A stretch of DNA of 29,245 nucleotides from a virus (lineage: Duplodnaviria > Heunggongvirae > Uroviricota > Caudoviricetes), in the IMG/VR virus record IMGVR_UViG_2778261122_000007, positions 1-29,245 of that record, one strand, 5' to 3'. The translations under genes were made by a program, and so were the position numbers. The notes under the pieces were generated by a model. That model saw only the letters and a program-made list of their open reading frames with translations, was not told where the DNA came from and made no database searches. Shown piece by piece: positions 7,033 through 15,638 of the stretch (the stretch's first letter is position 1; each line of letters starts with the position of its first letter).

Positions 7033-7311
7033 ATGGCGCGCGATACCAAATTACACAATTCTAATGATTCTGCCGTCTTTGCCAGCAGGTGCGGACGGCG
7101 TTTTCACGCATTCAAATCAGACTGGTTCCAGCATCCTCCATGCACTGAAGAGCAGGCTGAATGGATAATTCAGTGTTACCGCAGGCGTGGATACGAGGTT
7201 AAGAAAGCTCTTAGTCTCGACTATCGTCACTGGATAATCTCAGTCAGACTCCCTTACTCCGAACGCCCACCGCGTCCGTCCCGCACATTCCAGCAACGGA
7301 TTTGGAGGTAA
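7033..7311 (+). CDS. hypothetical protein (92 aa), rem-like by position between hok and the DUF968 gene
   Basis: The track ORF 6904-7311 spans the hok terminator, so the first ATG after it (7033) is used; the hok-rem-ydfU-Q order is as I recall it for Qin. Start and identity are uncertain. Confidence 0.4.
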   Translation: MARDTKLHNSNDSAVFASRCGRRFHAFKSDWFQHPPCTEEQAEWIIQCYRRRGYEVKKALSLDYRHWIISVRLPYSERPPRPSRTFQQRIWR

Positions 7312-7312
7312 C

Positions 7313-8362
7313 GTGCGGGTATTACTTCGACCTGTTCTGGTACCGGAACTCGGGCTGGTGGTCCTTAAGCCAGGTCGTGAATCCATGCAGGTATTTCACA
7401 ATCCTCGAGTGCTGGTGGAGCCGGAACCGAAAAGCATGTGCGGCCTGCCATCCGGAGTCGTCCCTGCCGTTCGCCAGCCGCTGGCGGAGGATAAATCATT
7501 ACTGCCATTTTTCAGCGATGAGCGGGTGATTCGTGCTGCTGGCGGCGCTGGGGCACTGTCTGACTGGCTGTTGCGTCATGTCAAATCCTGCCAGTGGCCT
7601 CATGGTGACTATCATCACAGTGAAATCGTCATACATCGTTACGGTACCGGCGCGATGGTGTTGTGCTGGCACTGCGACAACCAGCTGCGTGACCAGACAT
7701 CCGAATCACTCGAGCAACTTGCTCATCAAAATCTGTCAGCATGGATGATTGACGTCATACGCCATGCAATGAATGGCACGCAGGAGAGGGAGTTATCGCT
7801 GGCTGAATTATCCTGGTGGGCGGTCTGCAATCAAGTGGCGGACGCGCTTCCGGAGGCAGTATTACGTCGTTCTCTGGGGTTACGTGCGGAAAAAATCCGC
7901 TCAATGTACCGTGAAAGCGACATCGTACCGGGAGAGCAGACCGCCACCAGCATACTGAAGCAGCGCACAAAAAATCTTGCGCCGTTGCTTCACACCCACC
8001 AGCCACAGAACCCAGCACAGGAAAAGCAGGTGGTCAGCATTGCCGTTGATCCGGAGTCTCCGGAATCTTTCATGAGGCGACCTAAACGTCGCCGTTGGGT
8101 AAATGAGAAATATACGCGCTGGGTGAAGACACAGCCGTGTGCGTGTTGTGGTCAACCAGCCGACGATCCCCATCACCTGATTGGTCACGGTCAGGGAGGG
8201 ATGGGAACAAAGGCCCACGATATTTTCACGCTACCGTTGTGCCGGGAACATCACAACGAACTTCATGCGGATCCGCTGGCGTTCGAAGAAAAGCATGGTT
8301 CTCAGGTTGATTTAATTTTTCGTTTTCTTGATCACGCCTTTGCAACCGGCGTGCTTGGGTAA
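7313..8362 (+). CDS. DUF968-family prophage protein (YdfU-like) with a C-terminal Cys/His cluster
   Basis: 349 aa; GTG 7313 preceded by GGAGG at 7304-7308; C-terminus CACCGQPADDPHHLIGHGQGGMGTKAHDIFTLPLCREHHNELH resembles an HNH/zinc-binding motif; position just upstream of rusA and Q. Confidence 0.7.
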   Translation: MRVLLRPVLVPELGLVVLKPGRESMQVFHNPRVLVEPEPKSMCGLPSGVVPAVRQPLAEDKSLLPFFSDERVIRAAGGAGALSDWLLRHVKSCQWPHGDYHHSEIVIHRYGTGAMVLCWHCDNQLRDQTSESLEQLAHQNLSAWMIDVIRHAMNGTQERELSLAELSWWAVCNQVADALPEAVLRRSLGLRAEKIRSMYRESDIVPGEQTATSILKQRTKNLAPLLHTHQPQNPAQEKQVVSIAVDPESPESFMRRPKRRRWVNEKYTRWVKTQPCACCGQPADDPHHLIGHGQGGMGTKAHDIFTLPLCREHHNELHADPLAFEEKHGSQVDLIFRFLDHAFATGVLG

Positions 8363-8374
8363 AAGAGGTTACTG

Positions 8375-8734
8375 ATGCGTATAGAGTTTGTTTTGCCTTA
8401 TCCGCCGACGGTGAATACTTACTGGCGACGTCGTGGCAGCACATATTTTGTATCAAAAGTCGGTGAGTGTTATCGCCGTGATGTGGCGCTTATTGTTCGC
8501 CAGCAGCGGCTGAAATTAAAACTGTCCGGAAGGCTGGCGATAAAGATTATTGCAGAGCCACCGGATAAGCGCCGTCGTGACCTGGACAATATCCTGAAAG
8601 CACCACTGGATGCGCTGACGCATGCCGGACTACTCATAGACGACGAGCAGTTTGATGAAATCAATATTGTGCGCGGTCAGCTCGTTCCTGGTGGGCGGCT
8701 GGGGATAAAAATCACAGAACTGGAGTGCGCATGA
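8375..8734 (+). CDS. rusA: RusA Holliday-junction resolvase
   Basis: 119 aa; DKRRRDLDN motif and overall similarity to E. coli RusA; located in the nin-like region before Q. Confidence 0.9.
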   Translation: MRIEFVLPYPPTVNTYWRRRGSTYFVSKVGECYRRDVALIVRQQRLKLKLSGRLAIKIIAEPPDKRRRDLDNILKAPLDALTHAGLLIDDEQFDEINIVRGQLVPGGRLGIKITELECA

Positions 8735-9420
8735 ATAACCAGTATTTACAGTTTGTGCGTGAGCAGCTCATTATCGCCACCGCTGATTTGAGTGGGGCAA
8801 CAAAAGGTCAGCTTGAAGTCTGGCAGGAGAATGCCATGTTCGATACAGGGCGTTACAGGCGAAAAAAAATCCGGTACCGCGATGAAGTGACTGGAAAAAT
8901 GATAACGCGGGATAATCCACCAATCCCGGGAAAGCAATCGCTGGCGAAGGGGACGTCAATTCCTCTGGTCAGTCCGGTTGAGTTTTCGACATCATCGTGG
9001 CGGCGGGCTGTTCTGTCTCTTGAAGAACATCATAAAGCCTGGTTGTTATGGTGTTACAGCGGGAGTATTTGTTGGGAATATCAGATCGCGATAACACAGT
9101 GGGCGTGGAATGAATTTAATACTCAATCCGGTACCAGAAAAATTGCAGGGAAAACGCAGGAACGCCTGAAAAAATTAATCTGGCTGGCGGCGCAGGCAGT
9201 AAAAGCAGAACTTTTAGATGGGGAAGGTTATGAATACCAGGAGCTGGCATTACTGGCGGGAGTGACAACTAAAAACTGGTCCAAAACATTTACTCGTCAC
9301 TGGGTTGCAATGAAACACATTTTTCAACGACTGGATAGTGAGGCTTTATTGTTTGTAATGAGAACGCGTTCAAAACAAAAGGCGGCATTTTCAAAGCAAA
9401 GTGTTGCAAAAGTAGATTGA
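8731..9420 (+). CDS. late-gene antiterminator Q-like protein
   Basis: 229 aa from ATG 8731 (overlaps the rusA stop in ATGA; the track starts at GTG 8725); last early gene before the tRNA/lysis region; Q family assigned by position and size, not by a recognised motif. Confidence 0.7.
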   Translation: MNNQYLQFVREQLIIATADLSGATKGQLEVWQENAMFDTGRYRRKKIRYRDEVTGKMITRDNPPIPGKQSLAKGTSIPLVSPVEFSTSSWRRAVLSLEEHHKAWLLWCYSGSICWEYQIAITQWAWNEFNTQSGTRKIAGKTQERLKKLIWLAAQAVKAELLDGEGYEYQELALLAGVTTKNWSKTFTRHWVAMKHIFQRLDSEALLFVMRTRSKQKAAFSKQSVAKVD

Positions 9421-9485
9421 AAGGCATATATTTCATGCAAATCTGATATTTTGCCGATTTTGTACGTGATGGCAAAAGCAAACAA

Positions 9486-9511
9486 AACCCGCCCACAAGC
9501 GGGTTTTTTTG
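9486..9511 (+). terminator. rho-independent terminator after Q (tR'-like candidate)
   Basis: AAACCCGC-CCACAA-GCGGGTTT hairpin followed by a T7 run. Confidence 0.7.
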
Positions 9512-9630
9512 TGCCACTTATCTCGGATAGACATGGTGAATGCGCTGGTGGAGGAAGTAAGGGTAATTTTTAACCAGGTGATTCTTGAATGCTTGCAACA
9601 TTGATTTCGTAACGTTATTATCCTGCGCCC

Positions 9631-9706
9631 GGCCCTTTAGCTCAGTGGTGAGAGCGAGCGACTCATAATCGCCAGGTCGCTGGTTCAAATCCAGCAAGGG
9701 CCACCA
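9631..9706 (+). tRNA. tRNA with CAU anticodon, Ile2 (lysidine) type, ileX/ileZ-like
   Basis: Manual cloverleaf: acceptor GGCCCTT/AAGGGCC, anticodon arm GCGACTCATAATCGC, T-loop TTCAAAT, encoded CCA; very close to my recollection of E. coli ileX. Confidence 0.8.
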
Positions 9707-9707
9707 A

Positions 9708-9784
9708 CCGCCACTAGCTCATCAGGAAAGAGCGTCAACCCTTTAAGTTGAGTGTGCGAGGTTCGAGTCCCCGGTGGCGGTCCA
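9708..9784 (+). tRNA. tRNA-like gene, anticodon loop CCUUUAA (apparent anticodon UUU, Lys); non-canonical C33 and an A-C mismatch in the T-stem
   Basis: Manual fold: acceptor CCGCCAC/GTGGCGG, D-arm GCTC/GAGC, anticodon stem TCAAC/GTTGA, T-loop TTCGAGT, encoded CCA. Identity is uncertain; it could be a degenerate or specialised tRNA. Confidence 0.5.
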
Positions 9785-9786
9785 GT

Positions 9787-9862
<76 letters not shown>

Positions 9863-9865
9863 TAT

Positions 9866-9940
<75 letters not shown>

Positions 9941-10283
9941 GCAAAACGGATGAGGTACAGGTTTTTCAGCACTGGCGTTTTCTCGTGGGGAATGGTCTCT
10001 TCAATATATTGATTGGAACCCCAAACTATAACTGAGGCCAGATATAGTTTCAGTGCTGTGTTTTTTGACAACAGTGGAATAGGGCATTGTCAGTAGGCGT
10101 TTAGCGTTTTTAGAAACTGATTAGGCACTACTCCGGTGTTGTTAACACCATCCAATGAGGTGAACTCTTGTGCGGAGGTGGTTTCATACGTTGTCTGACG
10201 GGAAACCTCGTATCTGGTGTAGGGGCAGATATTTCGGGTGAATCCCGACACCTCAAATATAAAAGATGTATCTACATGCTTTT

Positions 10284-10309
10284 AGCCGCCGCTCCGGCGG
10301 CTTTTTTTA
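10284..10309 (+). terminator. rho-independent terminator between the tRNA cluster and the lysis genes
   Basis: AGCCGCC-GCTCC-GGCGGCT hairpin followed by TTTTTTT. Confidence 0.65.
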
Positions 10310-10427
10310 TTCATGCTGACTTCCTTCATTGTTAGTTATGGTGTTCTAAGGACTTTCTGTAACTGCATTTTCCCTGCACAAATTATTCATATTAACTACG
10401 CCATCCGTTATTTGCGGAGGTGAGGCT

Positions 10428-10643
10428 ATGAAATCCATGGACAAAATCTCAACGGGCATTGCCTACGGCACCTCCGCAGGCAGTGCTGGCTACTGGTTTT
10501 TACAGTGGCTTGATCAGGTCAGTCCGTCACAGTGGGCTGCGATTGGTGTACTGGGGAGTCTGGTTCTGGGCTTGCTGACGTATCTGACAAACCTTTATTT
10601 CAAGATTAAAGAAGATAAGCGTAAGGCTGCGAGAGGTGAATAA
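10428..10643 (+). CDS. S: class II holin / pinholin (phage 21 S-like) with dual start (Met1 antiholin, Met4 holin)
   Basis: 71 aa; [30 protein letters not shown]... is near-identical to phage 21 S as I recall it; GGAGG Shine-Dalgarno upstream; two TM segments. Confidence 0.9.
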   Translation: MKSMDKISTGIAYGTSAGSAGYWFLQWLDQVSPSQWAAIGVLGSLVLGLLTYLTNLYFKIKEDKRKAARGE

Positions 10644-11140
10644 TGCCGCCATCATTACGCAAGGCTGTTGCTGCTGCTATTGGTGGTGGGGCTGTTGCCA
10701 TAGCGTCTGTGCTCATCACTGGTCCGAGTGGTGACGATGGCCTGGAAGGTGTCAGCTACATACCATACAAAGATATCGTTGGCGTATGGACTGTATGTCA
10801 CGGACACACCGGAAAAGACATCATTCCCGGTAAAACGTATACCGAAGCAGAATGCAAAGCCCTCCTGAATAAAGACCTTGCCACGGTCGCCAGACAAATT
10901 AACCCGTACATCAAAGTCGATATACCGGAAACAACGCGCGGCGCTCTTTACTCGTTCGTTTACAACGTGGGCGCTGGCAATTTCAGAACATCGACGCTTC
11001 TTCGCAAAATCAACCAGGGTGATATCAAAGGTGCGTGTGATCAGCTACGTCGCTGGACATACGCTGGTGGTAAGCAACGGAAAGGTCTCATGACTCGCCG
11101 TGAGATTGAGCGTGAAGTCTGTTTGTGGGGGCAACAATGA
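10643..11140 (+). CDS. R: SAR endolysin (lysozyme, phage 21 R-like)
   Basis: 165 aa; Gly/Ala-rich N-terminal signal-anchor-release helix ([20 protein letters not shown]) followed by a lysozyme domain; start overlaps the holin stop. Confidence 0.9.
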   Translation: MPPSLRKAVAAAIGGGAVAIASVLITGPSGDDGLEGVSYIPYKDIVGVWTVCHGHTGKDIIPGKTYTEAECKALLNKDLATVARQINPYIKVDIPETTRGALYSFVYNVGAGNFRTSTLLRKINQGDIKGACDQLRRWTYAGGKQRKGLMTRREIEREVCLWGQQ

Positions 11141-11601
11141 GCAGAGTAACCGCGATTATCTCCGCTCTGGTTATCTGCATCATCGTCAGCCTGTCATGGG
11201 CAGTCAATTATTACCGTGATAACGCCATCTCCTACAAAGACCAGCGCGATAAAGCGAAGGAAAAACTCAGCCAGGCGAACGCCACCATCACTGACATGCA
11301 GCAGCGCCAGCGTGATGTTGCTGCACTGGATGAAAAATACTCAAGGGAGTTAGCTGATGCAAAAGCTGAAAATGATGCTCTGCGTGATGATATTGCCACT
11401 GGTCGTCGTCGGTTGCGCATCAGAGCAGTCTGTCAGACCGTGCGTGAAGCCACCGCCGCCTCCGACATGGGTAATGCAGCCGCCCCCCGACTGGCAGACA
11501 CCGCTGAACGGGATTATTTCACCCTCAGAGAGCGGCTGATAATAATGCAAAAACAACTGGAAGGGGCACAGCTATACATTCGTGAGCAATGTCTCAGATA
11601 A
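11137..11601 (+). CDS. Rz: Rz i-spanin
   Basis: ATG 11137 overlaps the endolysin stop (ATGA); N-terminal TM segment followed by a coiled-coil periplasmic domain; Rz1 is embedded in the +1 frame. Confidence 0.85.
   Translation: MSRVTAIISALVICIIVSLSWAVNYYRDNAISYKDQRDKAKEKLSQANATITDMQQRQRDVAALDEKYSRELADAKAENDALRDDIATGRRRLRIRAVCQTVREATAASDMGNAAAPRLADTAERDYFTLRERLIIMQKQLEGAQLYIREQCLR
11357..11539 (+). CDS. Rz1: Rz1 o-spanin lipoprotein, embedded within Rz
   Basis: 60 aa; lipobox LVVVGC; proline-rich ([18 protein letters not shown]); entirely inside Rz in another frame. Confidence 0.85.
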   Translation: MQKLKMMLCVMILPLVVVGCASEQSVRPCVKPPPPPTWVMQPPPDWQTPLNGIISPSESG

Positions 11602-11756
11602 AAACCGGCCAAGGATAATCCGCTGAAGATTCGCCGGTGGCGAAAGAGAGCCAAGGTGTCAACCTACGCTATTTCTTATGATAATGCAACGGACGAAGCG
11701 GGACATATTGGCGCATAACAAATCAGTGCAGGCTAACTGCAGGAAGAACTTAGGGC

Positions 11757-12023
11757 GTGAACGTAGAAAACCTAAGTAACGCACATTACATCTATAACGA
11801 GATGAAAGAGCTACAGCGACAGAAAGGTATACTGGAAAGTGGTGCAGGGCTTGGTGTGACAATCCAGTCTGCCTATCAATATAGTGCTTTTCTTGAGGCC
11901 ATACGCCCGCATGCAGTTGCTGAACTTGACAGCCGTATTGAGGAAAAGAAATCCGCGCTGGTTAATTTGGGTGCTTCCTTCTCTATATACGAGCATAATA
12001 AGGCGGGTTGGAAACCCGCCTAA
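11757..12023 (+). CDS. hypothetical protein (88 aa); doubtful
   Basis: ORF from the track; its 3' end reads through the hairpin at 12002-12020; no clear Shine-Dalgarno noted. Confidence 0.3.
   Translation: MNVENLSNAHYIYNEMKELQRQKGILESGAGLGVTIQSAYQYSAFLEAIRPHAVAELDSRIEEKKSALVNLGASFSIYEHNKAGWKPA
12002..12020. terminator. stem-loop between the convergent 11757-12023 ORF and the YfbU-like gene; likely terminator of the minus-strand gene
   Basis: GGCGGGT-TGGAA-ACCCGCC perfect 7-bp stem; on the minus strand it is followed by UUAUUAU. Confidence 0.45.
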
Positions 12024-12028
12024 AGCAC

Positions 12029-12568
12029 TTAGAAACTGCGTGGAGCTGTGGAAAGAATGGATGCCAGTTCTTCCTTCGATAAATCCCAGCTTCGATTTAC
12101 AGCGTCAATTTTCTTACACTCATCAAGCATTGCGTTATAGAGATGTTCTGTAAGTGAATGAGTATTGGCAATGGGCTGTTTCTGTTCGGGGAAGCGATCA
12201 AATTTCTGATACGCCTCAATGATACTGAAGTAATCGCATTCATTATTACCGTCGAAACCTGGAAGCTGAATTGCCCCATCATGTATTTTTAGATGATGGT
12301 CACGGACTAATTCTTTTTGCTCGTCATCACTAAGTTTCCTGAAAGCATTGGAAAGTCCGCGATACATATTCAAGACAGCAGTAACAAAATCACGATCTTC
12401 TTTACTTGGTTCGTCAACATCCAAATGTGAATATTCGGCCTTGATAACCCAATCATTACCAGATGACACAGCATATTTAACAAGCTGTGGATCAATATCA
12501 GTTTCGATACCTAGGTGGATGGCAATGTCACATAACAAAATGGTATTGATTTTATCTTTAATATCCAT
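12029..12568 (-). CDS. YfbU-family (UPF0304-like) protein; moron between the lysis and packaging modules
   Basis: 179 aa; recalled similarity to E. coli YfbU (VLNMY..L, GFDGNNE versus GFDAATE, FDRFPEQ region); opposite orientation to the flanking phage operons. Confidence 0.6.
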   Translation of the reverse strand: MDIKDKINTILLCDIAIHLGIETDIDPQLVKYAVSSGNDWVIKAEYSHLDVDEPSKEDRDFVTAVLNMYRGLSNAFRKLSDDEQKELVRDHHLKIHDGAIQLPGFDGNNECDYFSIIEAYQKFDRFPEQKQPIANTHSLTEHLYNAMLDECKKIDAVNRSWDLSKEELASILSTAPRSF

Positions 12569-12706
12569 GAGTTAACCCTCTGAAGTAAAAAGTAATATCT
12601 ATACCCGTTGGCTCATGAAGTCTATTGATCTGTCTCATATCAGCAGCAAATCTATTCCATGGAGATACTCAATGCAGGTCACCTTTGATTTATATAAGGG
12701 CGAAAC

Positions 12707-13057
12707 ATGCCAGCACTAATCCCACGCGCCTGCCGTAAGCGTGGATGTGCAGGTACAACCACAGACAGTTCTGGTTACTGCGATAAACATCGTGGCGAAG
12801 GATGGGTACAGCATCAACGCGGACTGAGCCGCCACCAGCGTGGCTATGGCTCGAAATGGGATGCCATACGTGCGCGCATACTGAAGCGTGATAATCATCT
12901 GTGTCAGAACTGCCTGCGCAATGGCAGAGCCGTTGAAGCCAGAACTGTGGACCACATCATTCCGAAAGCTCATGGTGGCACGGATGCAGACAGTAACCTG
13001 CAGACTCTGTGCTGGCCCTGTCATAAAGCAAAAACAGCGCGCGAACGCATCAATTGA
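12707..13057 (+). CDS. HNH endonuclease (terminase-associated)
   Basis: 116 aa; N-terminal Cys cluster and HNH core (DHIIPKAHGGTDADSNLQTLCWPCH); immediately upstream of the small terminase. Confidence 0.85.
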   Translation: MPALIPRACRKRGCAGTTTDSSGYCDKHRGEGWVQHQRGLSRHQRGYGSKWDAIRARILKRDNHLCQNCLRNGRAVEARTVDHIIPKAHGGTDADSNLQTLCWPCHKAKTARERIN

Positions 13058-13204
13058 TAACAGCTCCCATCTGCAGGGGAGGGGCGGGTCAAATCTCTGC
13101 AACCCTGGCTGTTCAGTACCGCCGCCTGACCTTTCCTCGCATCGCCGCAGGTTCGAAAACTTTTTTTTGGAATGTGATTAAATGATTGATAGGTAAAATC
13201 GATT

Positions 13205-13687
13205 ATGTCAGGCCCCCCGAAAACCCCGCCACGCCTGCATTTGATACGAGGCAACCCCTCAAAGCGCCCCGTTAAAGACCCCAAAAAAACCGCTAAAAAG
13301 GATGAAAAAGGTCTCCCTAAAATTCCGCAACATTTAGGGTCGCAGGGGAAGTACTGGTTCAGGCGAATGGCGGAAGAACTGAATGCGGAAGGGATCATTT
13401 CTCAGCTTGATGCGCGTGCACTCGAGTTACTGGTGGAAGCCTACACCGAATACCGGCATCACTGCGAAACACTTGATGCTGAGGGGTATACCTACCGCAC
13501 GGAAACGCAGAACGGTGATGTGCTGATTAAGGCACACCCGGCTGCTGCGATGAAGGCGGATGCCTGGAAGCGGATCCGGGCGATGCTTGCAGAGTTTGGT
13601 ATGTCACCGGCAAGCCGGGCTAAAGTAAATACCGCCGGACCGGATGATGTTGATCCGCTGGCGGAGCTTTTAAAAGCGAGAGACTGA
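13205..13687 (+). CDS. terminase small subunit (P27 family-like)
   Basis: 160 aa; basic N-terminus (PKTPPRLHLIRGNPSKRP); immediately precedes and overlaps the large terminase. Confidence 0.8.
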   Translation: MSGPPKTPPRLHLIRGNPSKRPVKDPKKTAKKDEKGLPKIPQHLGSQGKYWFRRMAEELNAEGIISQLDARALELLVEAYTEYRHHCETLDAEGYTYRTETQNGDVLIKAHPAAAMKADAWKRIRAMLAEFGMSPASRAKVNTAGPDDVDPLAELLKARD

Positions 13688-15444
13688 TGGCAAAAGTGGC
13701 TGACGGGATCCGCTACGCCGAACGTGTTGTTGCAGGAGAAATTGTCGCTGGCGAATTTGTCCGTCTGGCCTGCCAGCGTTTTCTTGATGATCTGAAGTAC
13801 GGCGAAGAGCGGGGGATTTATTTCAGTGAATCCCGTGCGCAGCACATCCTGAATTTCTACAAATTTGTGCCCCATGTGAAAGGGGCGCTGGCAGGCCAGC
13901 CCATTGAGTTGATGGACTGGCATGTATTTATCCTCATTAATATTTTTGGTTTTGTCATTCCGCTGGTGAATGAAGAGACCGGGGAAGTTGTCATGCGCAG
14001 CGATGGCAGCGGACGCCCGGTGATGGTGCGCCGGTTCCGGACGGCGTACAACGAAGTCGCCCGTAAAAACGCAAAATCAACCCTGTCATCGGGTATCGGC
14101 CTGTATATGACGGGGGCAGATGGTGAAGGCGGTGCTGAGGTGTATTCAGCCGCAACCACGCGTGACCAGGCCAGAATCGTGTTTGAAGACGCCAAAAATA
14201 TGGTCAGAAAAGCCCGGTCGACACTCGGGCGGTTGTTTGATTTCAACAAGCTGGCGATTTACCAGGAGCAGAGCGCATCAAAATTTGAACCGCTTTCTTC
14301 GGATGCAAACAACCTGGATGGTCTGAACATCCACTGCGCCATTATTGATGAGCTGCATGCACATAAAACCCGCGACGTGTGGGACGTTCTGGAAACGGCA
14401 ACTGGTGCCCGTCTGCAGTCCCTTTTATTTGGTATCACCACGGCTGGCTTTAACAAGGAAGGGATTTGTTACGAGCAACGCGATTACGCCATCAAGGTAT
14501 TGCGAGGCTATAACAGCGACGTGGAGGGCGCGGTAAAAGACGACTCCTACTTTGCGATTATTTACACCCTCGATGAGGGAGATGATCCGTTTGATGAAAC
14601 GGTCTGGCAGAAAGCGAATCCCGGCCTGGGCATCTGTAAACGCTGGGATGATCTGCGTCGTCTGGCGAAAAAGGCGAAGGAGCAGGTCTCGGCGCGGGTG
14701 AATTTTTTCACAAAACACATGAATGTGTGGGTCACTGCCGAGTCTGCCTGGATGGACATGATTAAGTGGGAGAAATGCGAATATATTGCCCCACGACATG
14801 AGCTGAAAACGTATCCCATGTGGGTCGGCGTTGACCTTGCTCATAAGATTGATATCTGTGCGGCGGCAAAACTCTGGCGAACGGATAACGGGCATGTTCA
14901 TGCCGATTTTAAATTCTGGCTCCCGGAAGGACGGCTGGAACGATGCTCGCGGCAGCAGGCAGAACTTTACCGGAAGTGGGCGGAGATGGATAAGCTGATT
15001 CTGACGGATGGTGATGTTATCGATCATGCTCAGATAAAAAGTGACTTACTGGAATGGATTGGCGGTGAAAACCTGAGGGAACTGGGATTTGACCCGTGGA
15101 GCGCGATGCAGTTCAGCCTGGCACTGGCTGAAGAAGGGATACCGCTGGTGGAGGTTCCGCAGACGGTTCGCAATCTGTCAGAGGCCATGAAGGAAACGGA
15201 ATCACTGGTCTATGCCGGGCGTTTCCATCACAGCAATCATCCGGTCATGAACTGGATGATGTCTAACGTTACGGTAAAACCGGACAAAAACGACAATATC
15301 TTCCCGAATAAATCCACGCCGGAAGCCAAAATCGACGGCCCTGTTGCGATGTTTACAGCAATGAGCCGGATGCTGGTCAATAGTGGTGAACCGGAGCCGG
15401 ATCTGTCTGAACATCTGGTCAGCGTGGGCATCCGCTCACTTTAA
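13687..15444 (+). CDS. terminase large subunit
   Basis: 585 aa; ATPase region followed by a nuclease region (IIDELH Walker B-like); position and size. Confidence 0.9.
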   Translation: MAKVADGIRYAERVVAGEIVAGEFVRLACQRFLDDLKYGEERGIYFSESRAQHILNFYKFVPHVKGALAGQPIELMDWHVFILINIFGFVIPLVNEETGEVVMRSDGSGRPVMVRRFRTAYNEVARKNAKSTLSSGIGLYMTGADGEGGAEVYSAATTRDQARIVFEDAKNMVRKARSTLGRLFDFNKLAIYQEQSASKFEPLSSDANNLDGLNIHCAIIDELHAHKTRDVWDVLETATGARLQSLLFGITTAGFNKEGICYEQRDYAIKVLRGYNSDVEGAVKDDSYFAIIYTLDEGDDPFDETVWQKANPGLGICKRWDDLRRLAKKAKEQVSARVNFFTKHMNVWVTAESAWMDMIKWEKCEYIAPRHELKTYPMWVGVDLAHKIDICAAAKLWRTDNGHVHADFKFWLPEGRLERCSRQQAELYRKWAEMDKLILTDGDVIDHAQIKSDLLEWIGGENLRELGFDPWSAMQFSLALAEEGIPLVEVPQTVRNLSEAMKETESLVYAGRFHHSNHPVMNWMMSNVTVKPDKNDNIFPNKSTPEAKIDGPVAMFTAMSRMLVNSGEPEPDLSEHLVSVGIRSL

Positions 15445-15455
15445 CCGAGGTCATT

Positions 15456-15638
15456 ATGTTTCTGATAATTCTCGCGCCACTGGTGGGCGTGCTGGGTGCG
15501 CTTTTGCTGGCGTATGGTGCCTGGCTGATTTATCCCCCGGCGGGTTTTGTTGTTGCCGGGGTGCTGTGCCTGCTCTGGTCGTGGCTGGTGGCGCGATATC
15601 TCGACCGCACACAGTCGTCTGTCGGCGGAGGTAAATAG
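15456..15638 (+). CDS. small hydrophobic membrane protein (60 aa) between terminase and portal
   Basis: ORF from the track; two predicted TM helices ([24 protein letters not shown] / [16 protein letters not shown]). Confidence 0.45.
   Translation: MFLIILAPLVGVLGALLLAYGAWLIYPPAGFVVAGVLCLLWSWLVARYLDRTQSSVGGGK

Noticed and set aside
9967-10067. 8-bp inverted repeat CAGCACTG / CAGTGCTG about 76 bp apart, followed by a T-run
   Set aside because: The stem is short relative to the loop and could arise by chance; I could not fold it into a tRNA or a convincing terminator. Left unassigned.
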